NCBI GenBank assembly: GCA_026770705.1
Contig: JANJGN010000031.1
Coordinates: 1,550,001 to 1,614,000 of the forward strand
DNA length: 64,000 bases
Origin: Isurus oxyrinchus
Lineage: Eukaryota
Direction: 5' to 3'
Part shown: in pieces, positions 36,597 to 49,192 of the stretch
Numbering within the stretch: the first letter of the stretch is position 1
How the letters are laid out: every line of letters starts with the position of its first letter
Made by a program: the position numbers and the translations under genes
The notes under the pieces: model-generated
What the model was told of the DNA's origin: nothing
The model's database searches: none
Seen by the model: only the letters and a program-made list of their open reading frames with translations

Positions 36597-37252
36597 TTTT
36601 TAATTTCTTCTCGTGATGTGAACGTGGCAAGACCAAAATTAATTCCGGAGCCTTGAAAAATCATGGTGAGCCACCTCGTTCAATGGCTGCAGCGAATGAT
36701 GTGTGGGTACATCCCCGGTTAGGGAGGGTGTCCTAATGTTTACACCCAGCAACAGCGAAAGAAGACTTAAGTATTTCCCATTCCGAATAGTGTGTGATTT
36801 GGAGGGGTATTTGCAGGTGGTGGTGTTCCCATGTCTCTGCTGACCCTCTCTCAGGTATAAATGTTGCAGTTTTGGATCACATTGCAAAAGAAACCTTGGC
36901 GAATTCTTGCAGTGCATCTTGTAGATGGTACACACTGTGCTACTCAGCATCGGTAGTGCATGGAGTGAATGTTTCTGGATGTGGTGCCATCAAGCGGACT
37001 GCTTTGTCCTGGATAGTGTTTATCTTCGAGTGTTATGGGAGCTGCACTCATCCAGGCAAGTGGAGAGTCTTCCATCACACTCCTGACTTGTGCCATGTAG
37101 ACAGTGGACAAGTCTTGGGGAGTCACGAAGTGATTTACTTTCCACAGAAAACCCAGCCTCTGACTTGCCCTTTCAGCCCATTAGTTACGTTTCTGGTCAA
37201 TGATAATCCCTAGGATGTCGAGGATGGTGCATTCAGCGAAGGCAATGCCATT
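36597..37252 (-). mobile_element. CR1/L2-group LINE 3' fragment, copy 2
   Basis: Duplicate of 8140-8795. Confidence 0.65.
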
Positions 37253-38001
37253 GGGAGTTGTTGGAGTTACATAGACTTGGTCTCTATTCCCTTGAGTATA
37301 ATACATTTAGTGGTTAGTTAATTGAGCATTAGAAAAATGTTAAAATGGGTTTATATATTTGAGAAAAGGAAACAGTTCCCTGTGGTAGCTGAATCCAGAC
37401 AAGATGGCAAAGTATTGAAATTCAGGCTAGGTATATTCAGATGTCCTGTTCTATTCCTTCGCATGACCAATGTGCTTATTGGAGTTAAGGGTGAAATTGA
37501 GCTTTCAAGAGAAACATATGGAACAAAGACAGTTAGATACAGTTAAAACATATTTGAACCATGGTCTAATTGAATGGCTCTACTGTTTCTGTGTAAAAGG
37601 CTCGAGAGACGTTTAAACGGCCTCTTCCTGCAGCTATATAACCGGTCTGTTTAGGGGCAATTGACCTCCTCCTGCTGAAAAGTCGAATGAGCTAAATGGG
37701 ATTCCGTTGTGCCACTTCAAACAATTTCAGTCGTCTGTTTCGTGGCCCTAGAGAGTCCTCTACTGTATTTGTGGAGAAATGCAACACAGCTTCAGTATAT
37801 CGATTGAGAACAAATTCACTCCTCTCTATCGTTCTTCCTTTGTTTATTACATTCTCTCTTTCCTTCCTTTCTTTCGATATTCCCGATGTACCTTTTGTCT
37901 CTTCTTCTTGTCAAAAACACATTCATTCTGCAAAATGAAATCAAGTTTTTTTGGGGACAGCGCATGATTTCCTCACTCACAGTTGTTTCCTGCCGCCTTT
38001 G

Positions 38002-38040
38002 GGCTTTTGTTGAGCTGCTCCATTTCTGTGAGTCACTGTG
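38002..38040 (-). other. 23-RSS of V type B copy 2
   Basis: CACAGTG-23 nt-ACAAAAGCC. Confidence 0.92.
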
Positions 38041-38544
38041 AAGACTCCAGGCGCAGTAATACACGGCCGAGTGATCCGCCTGCAGGTTGGGGGTCTCCAG
38101 TTTGAATTCAGGGTCACTCGGTCTCCGGGCAGTGAAACCGTCCACCGGGTCCCTCGGAACTAACTTGGTTGATAGCAGCTGAGTAAAACATTATTTGGGG
38201 CTCTCTCCCCGGGTATTGTCTGTACCAGTTAATAGCAGGGTTAGTGCTGCCCTCCACATCGCAATTCAGTTCCACTGCCTGCCCGGGAAATTTGGAGACA
38301 GCGGCGGGAGTCTGGCGGATCGTCTGCGAGTTCACGTCTGGAGAAGAGGCAGGAAGAGGAGGAGGTCAGAACCGGAGAAATTCTGGAGATGGAGAAGGAA
38401 AGTGGGAAAGAAAGGAAGGAAGGAAGGGGGGAGGAGAGGAATAATGAAGGAAAGGAAATATAAAGGATTGTTGTTTAAACGGTTATTGCATAAAAAACAT
38501 CACTTACATTGAAATAAGATCAGCAATCTCAAAACCACGTACAT
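38041..38544 (-). pseudogene. TRBV: TCR beta V segment, type B copy 2 (pseudogene); leader 38508-38544, V exon 38041-38337
   Basis: Same +1 frameshift as copy 1. Confidence 0.9.
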
Positions 38545-40731
38545 GTTGACCGGTAAAATTTTCCTATAATAGGGAAATGAGCTGAACCAAGGGCGTTGGG
38601 CATTGTTGGGAACCGACCTGCTTGTTTAAAATCATTGATGAAAACATGAAGAGCTTAAGGAAGTGATTTAGGTGTAAAAAGCCAAGCCCCGCCCCCTCCG
38701 ATTGAAAGCCCCGCCCTTATTATTGGGTGGAACAGGACGTTTCAAAGCGGACAGAGTGGGAAAAGAAGCGGCAGATGCATTTTGATGTGACCCATTCTCA
38801 GGACATCCAGGGTCGACCTAAGAAAGAGGGAGCAGGATACTTTCTAACTGGCGGAAGCGAAGGACTCTGGAGCTGCAAAGGAATTTAGTTGTCTCGCTGA
38901 ACAAGGAAGAATCATACAGTCCAATCGAATTTTTACTTGAAGGGAACTAGAATGCGAGACGGAGGAAGTTCTGGCTCATTGTAAGGAACTCAGAACAAAC
39001 CCCTCCGACAATCCTTCTTTCCATTCGGGGCAGTCACATCAGGAAGGATGAATTGGACCTGGAGGGTGTTCAACGCTGATGCAACAGAATTATACCTTGG
39101 TTTAAGGGGTTAAATCATGAGGACAGGTTGCATAATCTTGTCTGCCTGACCTTCAGCATGAAAGACCCACGGGAACATTTGAGGTTCTTTCATGAGTTTC
39201 AGAAGCAGTTATCACAGGCTATAGCTACCTTGTTTTCTAGATTCCCACACCAGGAAAAATAGTATAACTTCACAGTTAGAGACATGTCTTTCAGGGTGAT
39301 GTGAGGAAATATTTCCTCTGACAAATGGTTGTAGAAATCTGGAACTGTCTCCCAGCAAAAGATTAATGGTGGGTGGGGGGCGTTAACCTTACATTTCAAA
39401 ACTGAGATTGATGGACTTTTTGGGGGACAGTGTGCTGAGAAATATGGACTGGAGGTGGACAGTTGGAGGTAAAATGTAGTCCTGACGCGGTCATGGTAAC
39501 CATTAACATTAACACTCCCTTTGTCCTTTAGCTCATGACATCTTTGTCAATCTCTCGTTTGCCTCCACCTATCGCTGGCTTTGTATCCAGATCGACCTGC
39601 CCACCCCCCTTAAACAGTATAAATTTCAACACATTTCCACTTCTCTTCAACTCTGAATAAGGGTCATACGGACTCAAAGCGTTAACTCCTTCTCTCTCCA
39701 CAGATGCTGCTAGGCCTGCTGTGTTCTTTCAACATTTTCTGGGTTTTTGTTTTCAGATTTCTGGCATCTGCACTATTTTGCTTTTATTTTAGTCATTTCC
39801 CTCGCGCTTTCTCTCTCTCTCTTTTTTCTGTTGTTCTTCCTTCTCTAACCTTCCCTCTCCCTTTCTATCCTTATTTCCCTCTTTCCTTTCTTTTTTTCAC
39901 ATTACTTAGTTGAATCTATTTATTTCTCCCTCATGTATTTGTTTAGTTTCTCCTCAAGCACATCCCTGCTGCAACCACATTCTCACCACCCACTGGATTT
40001 ATTTCTCCTGGATTCCCAGTTAATTGTATTACTGATGACGTCTTCTAATTGTTTTGATCTTCCTAGAAAGTGGAGACATGTTTGCGTTATCTTTCCTATC
40101 AAACAACTTTCACAATTTCAAATACCTCTATCATGAAAATATCTCAATCTTCTTGCTCGAATAGAAATGCATATTCCAATTCTTTGCTTTTAACTATAGT
40201 CTCTCAGTTCTGGTAACCTCCTCCTTAATTTTCCTTTTCACTTTCTACAGTCCTTCACAATATAATCAGTCACTTTCATTGTAGTCTTTTCTCTTATTGT
40301 CAAAAACCATATTAGCTCTGCAAGAAGAACAAAACACAACAGGTCCAGCCACCGCGCAGTGTTACCATTCGCAGCTGTTTCCTGCCGCCTTTGCATGAAT
40401 TAGTTTGTTCCAAACTCCTGATTCGTTTTTGTAACTTATTCTCATCTTCCCCACCTCAATTCTAATAAATCCCTTCATCATTTCAATAAAACTTCTTGAC
40501 AACTGCTCTCAACCTCTATTTTCCAACAAAAACGAACAAATTCAGAATATGCTGATGCTTGACCCACTCATATCTGGGAACTCTCTTCTCCAGTGCTTCC
40601 CAAACTAATCACTCACTTTTATTCTCGCTGTTCTCTTATTGTCAAAAGGTCTTTGCCCCGAGAGAAAAAGAAACAGGGAGTCGAAGCGCCCGGTAATGTT
40701 GTCTCGAGCAGCTGTTTCCTGCCGCCTTTGG

Positions 40732-40770
40732 GGTTTTTGTTGAGCTGCTCCATCTCTCTGAGTCACTGTG
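40732..40770 (-). other. 23-RSS of V type C copy 2 (consensus)
   Basis: CACAGTG-23 nt-ACAAAAACC. Confidence 0.95.
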
Positions 40771-41294
40771 AAGACTCCAGGCGCAGTAATACACGGCCGA
40801 GTGATTCCCCCGCAGGCTGGGGGACTCCAGCATGAACTTGGAGCCACTCGGTCTCTGGGCCTTGAAACCGTCCACCCGCCCCTCTGAACTCACGTGATTG
40901 GTGCTTGTGGAGTAAAACATCAGCTGCGGCTCCCTCCCCGGGTACTGTCTGTACCAGAACATGTAAGGGTTACTGCTCGCCTCTACAGTGCACTCCAGTT
41001 CCACTTTATCCCCGGAATATCTGGAGACGGCAGCGGGAGTCTGGCGGATAGTCTGTGAGTTCACATCTGGGGAACAGAAGGAGAGCGGAAGCCGTCAGTA
41101 AAGGGGGTTAATTGGGTGTTGGGGAAACAAAGAAAGATAAGAGATAAACGTAGAGAAATAGAAAGAAACACCAGAAGGAGAGAGAGCAAGGGAAGGTCAG
41201 CAAGTGGAGCGGAAAGCTCGAGGCTGAGCTGGAATTGTTGTCTGGAAAGTTCCTTACAGTGAAACATGATTAACGGCGGCAGCAACAGATACAT
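40771..41294 (-). CDS. TRBV: TCR beta V segment, type C copy 2, apparently functional; leader 41258-41294, V exon 40771-41066
   Basis: Open frame ...DKVELECTVEASSNPYMFWYRQ...FYSTSTNHVSSEGRVDG...YYCAWSL; GT/AG sites; consensus RSS. Confidence 0.92.
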
Positions 41295-41818
41295 CTTCCA
41301 CTTCAGGTTCCCTTTGAACCAATCTTTATCACTGGTAAGAAAACACTAGAAATAAAATGCTCCTCCTCCTCACTCTGATTGGCAGCCCAACCCCTCCCAT
41401 TCAGACTAACAGCCCCGCCTTTTCCCGTTTCAGCCCCGCCTCTCTCTCCCTGATTGGATTATGTGGAGCTGCGGGCAGCAGGAAGGTGCGCACATGGGGG
41501 TGTTAGTGGACAGGGCAAAACTCGAGGGGTCACAACTCAGATTCATCAGGACAATACCGGAGTTTAGAGGGGTAAATTAAGAAGACAGGCTGCAGCAACC
41601 TTGCTGCATTCCCTGAATTTAGAATAGTGAGGGGTGACTTAATTCAACTGCTCAAACTGGAAAAGCAAAATTGAGGGTATTTGATAGAAACTTTTCTCTC
41701 TGCTGGGAGGACTGTCCAAAAGAGTAGAATAACCTTAAAATTAGAGTTCGGAATGAGAAGTGAGCTTATTGATACATAGAAGATTCGGAGGTTGGCTTGA
41801 AAAGGCAGATACTGTTCT

Positions 41819-41960
41819 AGTTCTGTCGAAGGGTCATGAGGACTCGAAACGTCAACTCTTTTCTTCTCCGCCGATGCTGCCAGACCTGCTGAGTTTTTCC
41901 AGGTAATTCTGTCTTTGTTTTGGATTTCCAGCATCCGCAGTTTTCTTTGTTTTTATTTTT
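41819..41960 (+). mobile_element. 142-bp PLE-terminal hammerhead mini-insertion, copy 2
   Basis: TSD AGATACTGTTCT at 41807-41818 / 41961-41972. Confidence 0.88.
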
Positions 41961-43353
41961 AGATACTGTTCTTCATGGGGGAAGAGAGAACTCGGAGCAG
42001 TTTCAAAAAAGGGGGTCGCCCGTTTAAGAGGGAGATGAGGAACAATCTCTTTGAGAGTCGTGAATGTTTGCAATTCTGTACCTCAAAGAGCAGTGGAGGA
42101 TGGGTCAATGAATATATTCAAGGCTGAGCAAAAGTTTTGAATTATTCGGGAAATAGGAGATAATGAATGCGGGAAGGCTGCAGACAAAGTGGATAAGGCT
42201 GCAATGAGATTTGCCATGATCTCATTGAATGGCAGAGCAGGCTCGTGGGGCCGAATGGCCTACTCCTGCTTTTCTTTCTTATGTCCTTAAGTTATGACCG
42301 GCTAACTTGCTCCTATATCAGTAACTACTTTCGATATTCCCGGGATAGTTTTCACTCTGACCAGCCTTGTATTCCCTGGAATGTAGAAGTTCGAAGAGTG
42401 AGCAAATCAAGGCGTTAATGATTAAAGGATTTGATAAAGCAGATGGAGAGAAAGCATTTCCATTGGCTGGGGAAGGGTCCACCACACCGGCGCAGTACAA
42501 TCAAATTCGACCCAGGCCGGTGGAAATCTTGAGCTCGGTCCCCTGCAAACAGCTGTGGAGCCTGGGGATCAACTGTAACCTTCAACAGCCGAATTAATCG
42601 AAAACAGAAAATGGTGGGAAAACGCAGGTCAGGCAGCATCTGTGGGGAGAGAAACAGATTTAACGTTTCGAGTCCGTCTAACACTTCCTCAGACCGGAAA
42701 TGATAGATTTTTGTAATGTTGGGAGAACGAAAATACAGAGCGCAGGCGGGTAAATGGAGCTAAGAAACAGAGCAGCCACGATTCCATTGAATGAATGAAC
42801 AGTTTCGCGGTGAGGAATCGCCTCCTCCGCCGACTCGAATGGCCGAATGGTCTCCCGATATTCCTGTGTAAAAACTTCATTAAGCTCGATGGGCCTCCTC
42901 CTGTTCCTGTCTAATAGTTTCGAGAGGGGGCTGAAATGACCTCCTCCTTTACGTATGTAACAAATCCAAAGGGACAGAATGGGGACGTATGTAACAAAAC
43001 CAAAGGGACAGAATGGGGCTTCCGTATGTTGCCGTGCTGAATGGACGCCTTCTGTAACTTTGTTTCCTTTAAAACATTGTCCGGCGCTGGTCTCCTTGAT
43101 GGTCTTTGTCCGTCCCCTGCTGCTCCAAGGAGAACGCGCACTTAGTGAATAAATTTCAATTATTTTTGCTGCAGTCACAAACTCCTAATTCTGGTACAAT
43201 ATTGTTAATTAAACTCCAGTGTTTTTACATCCATTCCCTCACTTTCATAGTAACCGGTTTCCTCTTATTGCCATAAACACGTTATTCAGCAAACGTGAAA
43301 CTGGGGGCAACCGCCTGGTTCTCTCATTTACAGCTGTTTCCTGCCGCCTTTAG

Positions 43354-43392
43354 GGTTGTTGTTGAGCTGCTCCATCTCTCTGAGTCACTGTG
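43354..43392 (-). other. 23-RSS of V type D copy 2
   Basis: CACAGTG-23 nt-ACAACAACC. Confidence 0.9.
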
Positions 43393-43870
43393 CAGACTCC
43401 AGGCGCAGTAATACACGGCCGCGTGATCCACCGGGCGACTCCAACTTGAACTCCGAGTCTCTCGATCTCCGAGCGGTGAAACCGCCCACCGGCCCCTCTG
43501 GATTTACAATATTGGTGCCTCAGGAGTCAAACATCAGCTGCAGCTCTTTCCCCGGGTCCTGTCTGTACCAGAACATGACACCGCTACTGGCTCCATCCGC
43601 AGTGCAATTCAATTCCACTCTCTCTCCAAGAAATTTGGAAATAGTTCGGGGAATCTGATGGACTGTCGCCGATTTCGCGGCTGAGAAACAAAACGGGAGA
43701 GAAGGACGTAAATAAACAGGGACATTCTCATGGAGAAGCAGGGAATGAAAGAGAAAACATGAGAGAAGGATGGAAGAAAAGAAATGATAAACGATGGATG
43801 TTGACAAACATTGTCGCTTGAAAAATCACTTACACTGAATTAAGATCATGACACTCAGCAACAGAAACAT
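43393..43870 (-). pseudogene. TRBV: TCR beta V segment, type D copy 2 (pseudogene); leader 43834-43870, V exon 43393-43680
   Basis: Same TGA (43520-43522) and 8-nt deletion as copy 1. Confidence 0.9.
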
Positions 43871-44648
43871 CTTTCACTTTAAGTTTGTCTTGTCATTGGG
43901 AAAGGAACGAAAACTGGAGAGGCCAGGCTTGATGGGAGTGAAACCGCCTCCTGTCAAATCAATGAAGGGAAGATGGAGGGCCCAGGGATGTGTGCATATA
44001 GCCCTCCCTCCATGGTGGAAAGACACGCCCTCTCCCTCAATAATTGGCTGTAAGTGGAGCTGATAAGAACAGCAGGTTTCAAAGGCCAGAGGGCGCGAGT
44101 GGGCAAAGCAGTCGCAGATGCAGTGGGTAATGTCAGAGGTCACAATTATCGGCCTAAGCGGGGAGAGCATAATATGTTCTAACTGGCGAGAAGCGAAGAA
44201 CTCTAGAGCTGCAAAGGAACTTAGTTATCCAGCATGAAAAATCTCAGATAGACAGAAAGAAAAATGAGTCACCAAGGTGAATGGAATGCTAGCCTTTACT
44301 CAAGCGGAGCTGGAGTGCAGCATGGAGCCAGTTACACTCCAGTTGTTGAGAGCGTCGGGCGGACTCCATCGCGAGATTTATTTCAGTTCTGGCCAGCTCA
44401 CCTCAGGAGGGATGTATTAGTCTGAGAGGGGGCGGGGGACAAAGTGGATTGACCAGATTAATATTGGGCTCAAAGCGTTAAATCACGTGGACGGTTTCTC
44501 TGTACTCCCTTGAGTTTACAAGATTGAGGAATGTATTTGCGAGCTCCTTTTTGGACATCTTAGAAAGGTATCCCGCGTTAATAAATAGGTGCTATTTCAT
44601 CTAGTGTTCTTCTAGAACAATGAGGTGCAGTATGTTGCTTAGTGCTGG

Positions 44649-44989
44649 TGTTGGCATCATGGTGTTGTTACTGGTCTCGTATTTCAGAGAGCCACGATTA
44701 TTCTCTGGGGGCCCGGGTTCAGGTCCCACCACGGCAGGTGGCGAAATTTGAATCCAATCAAAATCTGAAATTGAAAGTCTGATGACTATGAACCGATTGT
44801 CGTAAAAACCCATCTGGTTCCCTTTAGGGAAGAGAATGTGCCGTCCTTACCCTGGTCTGGTCTACATGTGACTCCACACCCACACCCGCAGCAATGTGGT
44901 TCACTCTGAACGAGGGTAATGAGGGATGGCCAATAAATGCTGGCCTAGCCAGCGACGCCCACATCCCACGAACGAACCATTAAAAATAA
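44649..44989 (+). mobile_element. tRNA-derived SINE, copy 2
   Basis: Duplicate of 16200-16540. Confidence 0.65.
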
Positions 44990-45949
44990 AGCCTAGGCCT
45001 TATTAGAGGCGTGCGGTAAGGAAGAACTGATTAAACAACGGATAGTGAAAACCTGCAACATTCTCCCCAAAATACAGTCAATGTTGGTGGTCAATTTCAA
45101 AATTGAGGTTGATAGATTTTGTTCGGTCAGTGTTTCAAGGGATGAGTAGTGGAGGTAGGTAGATGGAATGAACGGTACAGATCAGCTATAATGCTATAGT
45201 GGAACAGGCTCGAAGGGCTGTCTCGCCTCCATCTGTTTCTGTTCCAATTTCACCATGTTCCAGGCACTGATGTGTTTCATGGTCCTAGAGCGTCCTCTGC
45301 AGTTCGAGTTGGGAAAGAAATCGCAGAGTCAGTGTATTAAAGCCCAGCCTTTTCGGTGCTTCCTTAACGCTGTTTCCCTTCCCTTTTGTAATTTATCTTT
45401 TATTTTTATTTGCTATTTAATTTGCCGCACTCACAGCTAAATTCACAGTGAAAACCAGCCTCGTCCGCTGACTGTGCTCAAAACTTCAGCCCAGAGTGGG
45501 TTATTCATTTATTCACTTATTCATTTCTCATTCGTGTTTATCCAGTTTCCGCTTCAGGGCATCGATAATATTCCCCTCAAACACTCGGTGGTGGCGACTT
45601 CCACATGCTTTGCTTGAATTAGATTGTTCCAAATTCCTAATTCGATTTTGTAACTGATTCTCATCTTCTCCACCTGAATCCTACTGAACCGCTTCATCGT
45701 TTCAATAAAACTTCATGAGAATTGCTCTCAACCTCCATTTTCCAGCAAAAACAAACAAATTTAGACTTTGCTGATGGTTTCACCACTCATAGCTGGCAAC
45801 TCCCTGCTCCAGTGCTTCACAATCTATTCATTCATTTTATTGTAACTGTTCTCTTATTGTCAAAAGGTCTTTGTCCCGAGAGAAAAAGAAACAGCGAGTC
45901 GAAGCGCCTCGTAATGTTGTCTCGAGCAGCTGTTTCCTGCCGCCTTTGG

Positions 45950-45988
45950 GGTTTTTGTTGAGCTGCTCCATCTCTCTGAGTCACTGTG
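45950..45988 (-). other. 23-RSS of V type E copy 2 (consensus)
   Basis: CACAGTG-23 nt-ACAAAAACC. Confidence 0.95.
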
Positions 45989-46491
45989 CAGACTCCAGGC
46001 GCAGTAATACACGGCCGAGTGATTCCCCCGCAGGCTGGGGGACTCCAGCATGAACTTGGAGTCACTCGGTCTCTGGGCCTTGAAACCGTCCACCGGCCCC
46101 TCTGAATTCACCTGATTGGTGCCTCTGGAGTAAAACATCAGCTGCGGCTCCCTCCCCGGGTACTGTCTGTACCAGAACATGTCAGGGTTATTGCTCCCCT
46201 CCATAGTGCACTCCAGTTCCACTTCATCCCCGCGAAATCTGGAGACGGCAGCGGGAGTCTGGCGGATAGTCTGTGAGTTCACATCTGGGGAAGAGAATGG
46301 AAGGAGGAGGTCAGTAAGTGGAGACAATGGCAGAGATTGGGGGAAAAAGGACAAAAAGAAAAGAAAAATAGCAAAAGACAGAAAGAAAGAGATAGAAATA
46401 AAAATATAAAAGAAGGTTATGAATGAGAGTTACTATTTAAAAGAATTCACTTACGGTGAAACAAGGTCATCAGACCCAGCAACAGATACAT
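45989..46491 (-). CDS. TRBV: TCR beta V segment, type E copy 2, apparently functional; leader 46455-46491, V exon 45989-46284
   Basis: Open frame ...CTMEGSNNPDMFWYRQ...FYSRGTNQV...YYCAWSL; GT/AG sites; consensus RSS. Confidence 0.92.
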
Positions 46492-47771
46492 TTTTAACTT
46501 GAAGTCTTTTACTCAATAAACACAGGAGCGAGAACAGAAGTGTGGACGCCTGTGAGGGGCCAACCCGCTCTTATCAAAACATCGAGGAAAACACGAAGAG
46601 CGGGAGGAAGTGATGAAGATTCGGACACACCTCTCCCTCTGAATGGCCTTTCTGCGACTCCCTCTCGAAGTTGCTGGGCCCTCCCTCTCTCTGATGTATT
46701 GACTCCCCGTACAGCCTGTTAACGTTTAAAGAGAAACTGAACTCCCAGTGAAAACAGTACGATACAAGATTTTAGGTTTTGAATAAGAAAAGCTTTACTG
46801 TACAAAACTTGTAAATTAACATAATATTTTGTAATGACTCTGTTTAAAACCCATTTTACTTTCTACTTCCACTCAAGAATTTCTTTATACATTACAAGGT
46901 CTGGAGGTTTCATTCACTTCTTCTGAGACAAACCAAGGTACATCACAGTTCTCGGTAATTCACTCGGTAATTCTCCTCAATGATCCAGCTATTCTCTGAT
47001 GTGCAAGTGCTTTTAGGATCCTTCCACCAGCATTTGTATAGGTGACTCCAACCCTCCTTTGACACCTCCCGATTGTGGATCCCCACAGCTCAAGCATGGG
47101 CTTCACCATCTTGCGTAATTACTTTTAAAATCAGAAAATCACCTTTCATTTCTGACAGCCCTTTGTTATGGTTCTCATTGCTTCACAGCTCCTGGCAGAC
47201 CTTCTCTCTGCTTTTCTTCAAGCTGAGTGACTGTTTCTGTGAGAAAACATATAGATAAAAACCCAAAACAAAAGTTTACCTTCCTGCATTGCATATCTCC
47301 ATAGCAACGTGTGGATACCTGGATGTTCCTAACAGAAATGTAAATTATCAAAACAACCCTTCGATTCTGGGTCCCACACGAATAATTTACATCTCTAATG
47401 AGAATAACAACCATCTTACCAGATTCTCAGGTTCCATGAAGAAACTCATTGTTTATAAAATAGTTTAAGAGCTTCTCAAATCTAGAGAGCCTACATGAAT
47501 TATTTAAACCTCCTCAGTTTACACTCCAACTTTTATGCATTTTCTAAGATGTTGTGAGACAAACGGGCTGCTATACAGAGATCCAGATGTGCTGTTATAG
47601 AATGCTAGGTGTAAATATCTTTCACCACTATCCCAAAATCAAACTTTCCTCTTTGAACTGTAATGAAGAGGTGAACTGTCGAGTATTTCTTTATTTGTGA
47701 ATTGATAGGGTAGATAGTTTACAGTTCTCTCCTCTGTGGGGAAATTCAGAACAACTTTACAATAAAATCAA

Positions 47772-49192
47772 CACACATACGAATTAGGAGCAGGAGTAGG
47801 CCACTCGGCCCCTCTAGCCTGCTCCGCCATTCAATAAAACCATGGCTGATCTAATTTTCACCTCAACTTCAAATTCCTGCCTACTCCTGCTAACCTTTCA
47901 CCTCCTTAATATCAAGAATCTCTCTACTTCCGCCTTAATGATATTCAAAGACTCTCCCTCAAACACCTTTTGCAGAAAAGAATTCCAAACCCTCACAACA
48001 CTCTGAGAGAAAAATATCCTCACCACTGCCTGAAATAGGCAATGCCTAATTTTTAAACAGTGCCCCTTAGTTCGAGATTCTCCCACAAGAAGAAACATCC
48101 TCTCCACAACCACCTTGTCAAGACCCCTAAGGAACTTATATGTTTCAATCAAGTCGCCTCTTCCCTTCTAAACTCCACTGGATACAAGCCTAGTCTGTCC
48201 AACCTTTCCTTATAAGACAACCCGCCCATTCCAGTATTAATCTAGGAAAACTTCTCTGAACCGCTTCCAATGCATTTCCATCCTTCCTTAAATACTGCAC
48301 ACAGTACTGAGATGTGGTCTCACCAATGCCCTAAATAACTGAAGCATAACTTCCCTATCCTTGTTTTCAACTCCCATCACAATAAACAATAACATTCTCT
48401 TAGCTTTCCCAATTACTTGCTGTACCTGCATTCTAACCTTTTGGGATTCAAGCACTTGGGCACCCAGAAATCTCTACATCTCAGAGCTCTGCAATCTCTC
48501 ACCATTTATATAATATGCTTCTTTTTATGTCCTGCCAAAATGGGCAACTTCACATTTTCTCACATTAATACTGTATTTGCCAGGTCTTTACCCACTCATT
48601 TAACTAATCTATATCCGTTTGTAACCTTCTTATGTCCTCTTCACAATTTACTTACCTACCTATCTTTGGATCAACAGCAAATTTAACAACAATATCATCA
48701 TTCCCTTCATGTTAATTATTTGTATAAATTGTGAAGTGTTGAGGCCCCAGCATTGACACCTGTAGCACATCACTCGCCACATCCCAGCAACCAGAAAAAG
48801 ACATATTTATGCCTACTCTCTGTTTCCTGTTAGCTAGTCAATCTGCTATCCATGCCAATATGTAATGTCAAATACCACGTGCTCTTATTGTCAGTAATAA
48901 TCTTTGATGTGGCACTTTATCAAATGCTTTCTGGAACTCTCAATGTAGTACATCCACCAGTTCGCCTTTATTAACAGTACCTTTTCCTGTTTCAAAGAAC
49001 TCCAATGAATTGGTTAAATATCATTTCCCTCTCTCAAAACCATGTTGACTCTGCCTGATGACCTTGAATTTACCTAAGTGTCCTGTTATAGCATCTTTGA
49101 GAACCACTTATGTCATTTTCCCTTTGACAGGTGTAAAGCTCACTGCCCTATAGATTCCTGCTCTCTGTCTCCCTTCCTTTTCAATAAAGCAG
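47772..49192 (-). mobile_element. CR1 LINE fragment, copy 2
   Basis: Duplicate of 19322-20740. Confidence 0.75.

Noticed and set aside
40771-41066. Somatic hypermutation as the source of CDR differences
   Set aside because: The segments are unrearranged with intact RSSs, and several variants match other paralogues, so germline processes are more parsimonious. It cannot be fully excluded without knowing the tissue source.
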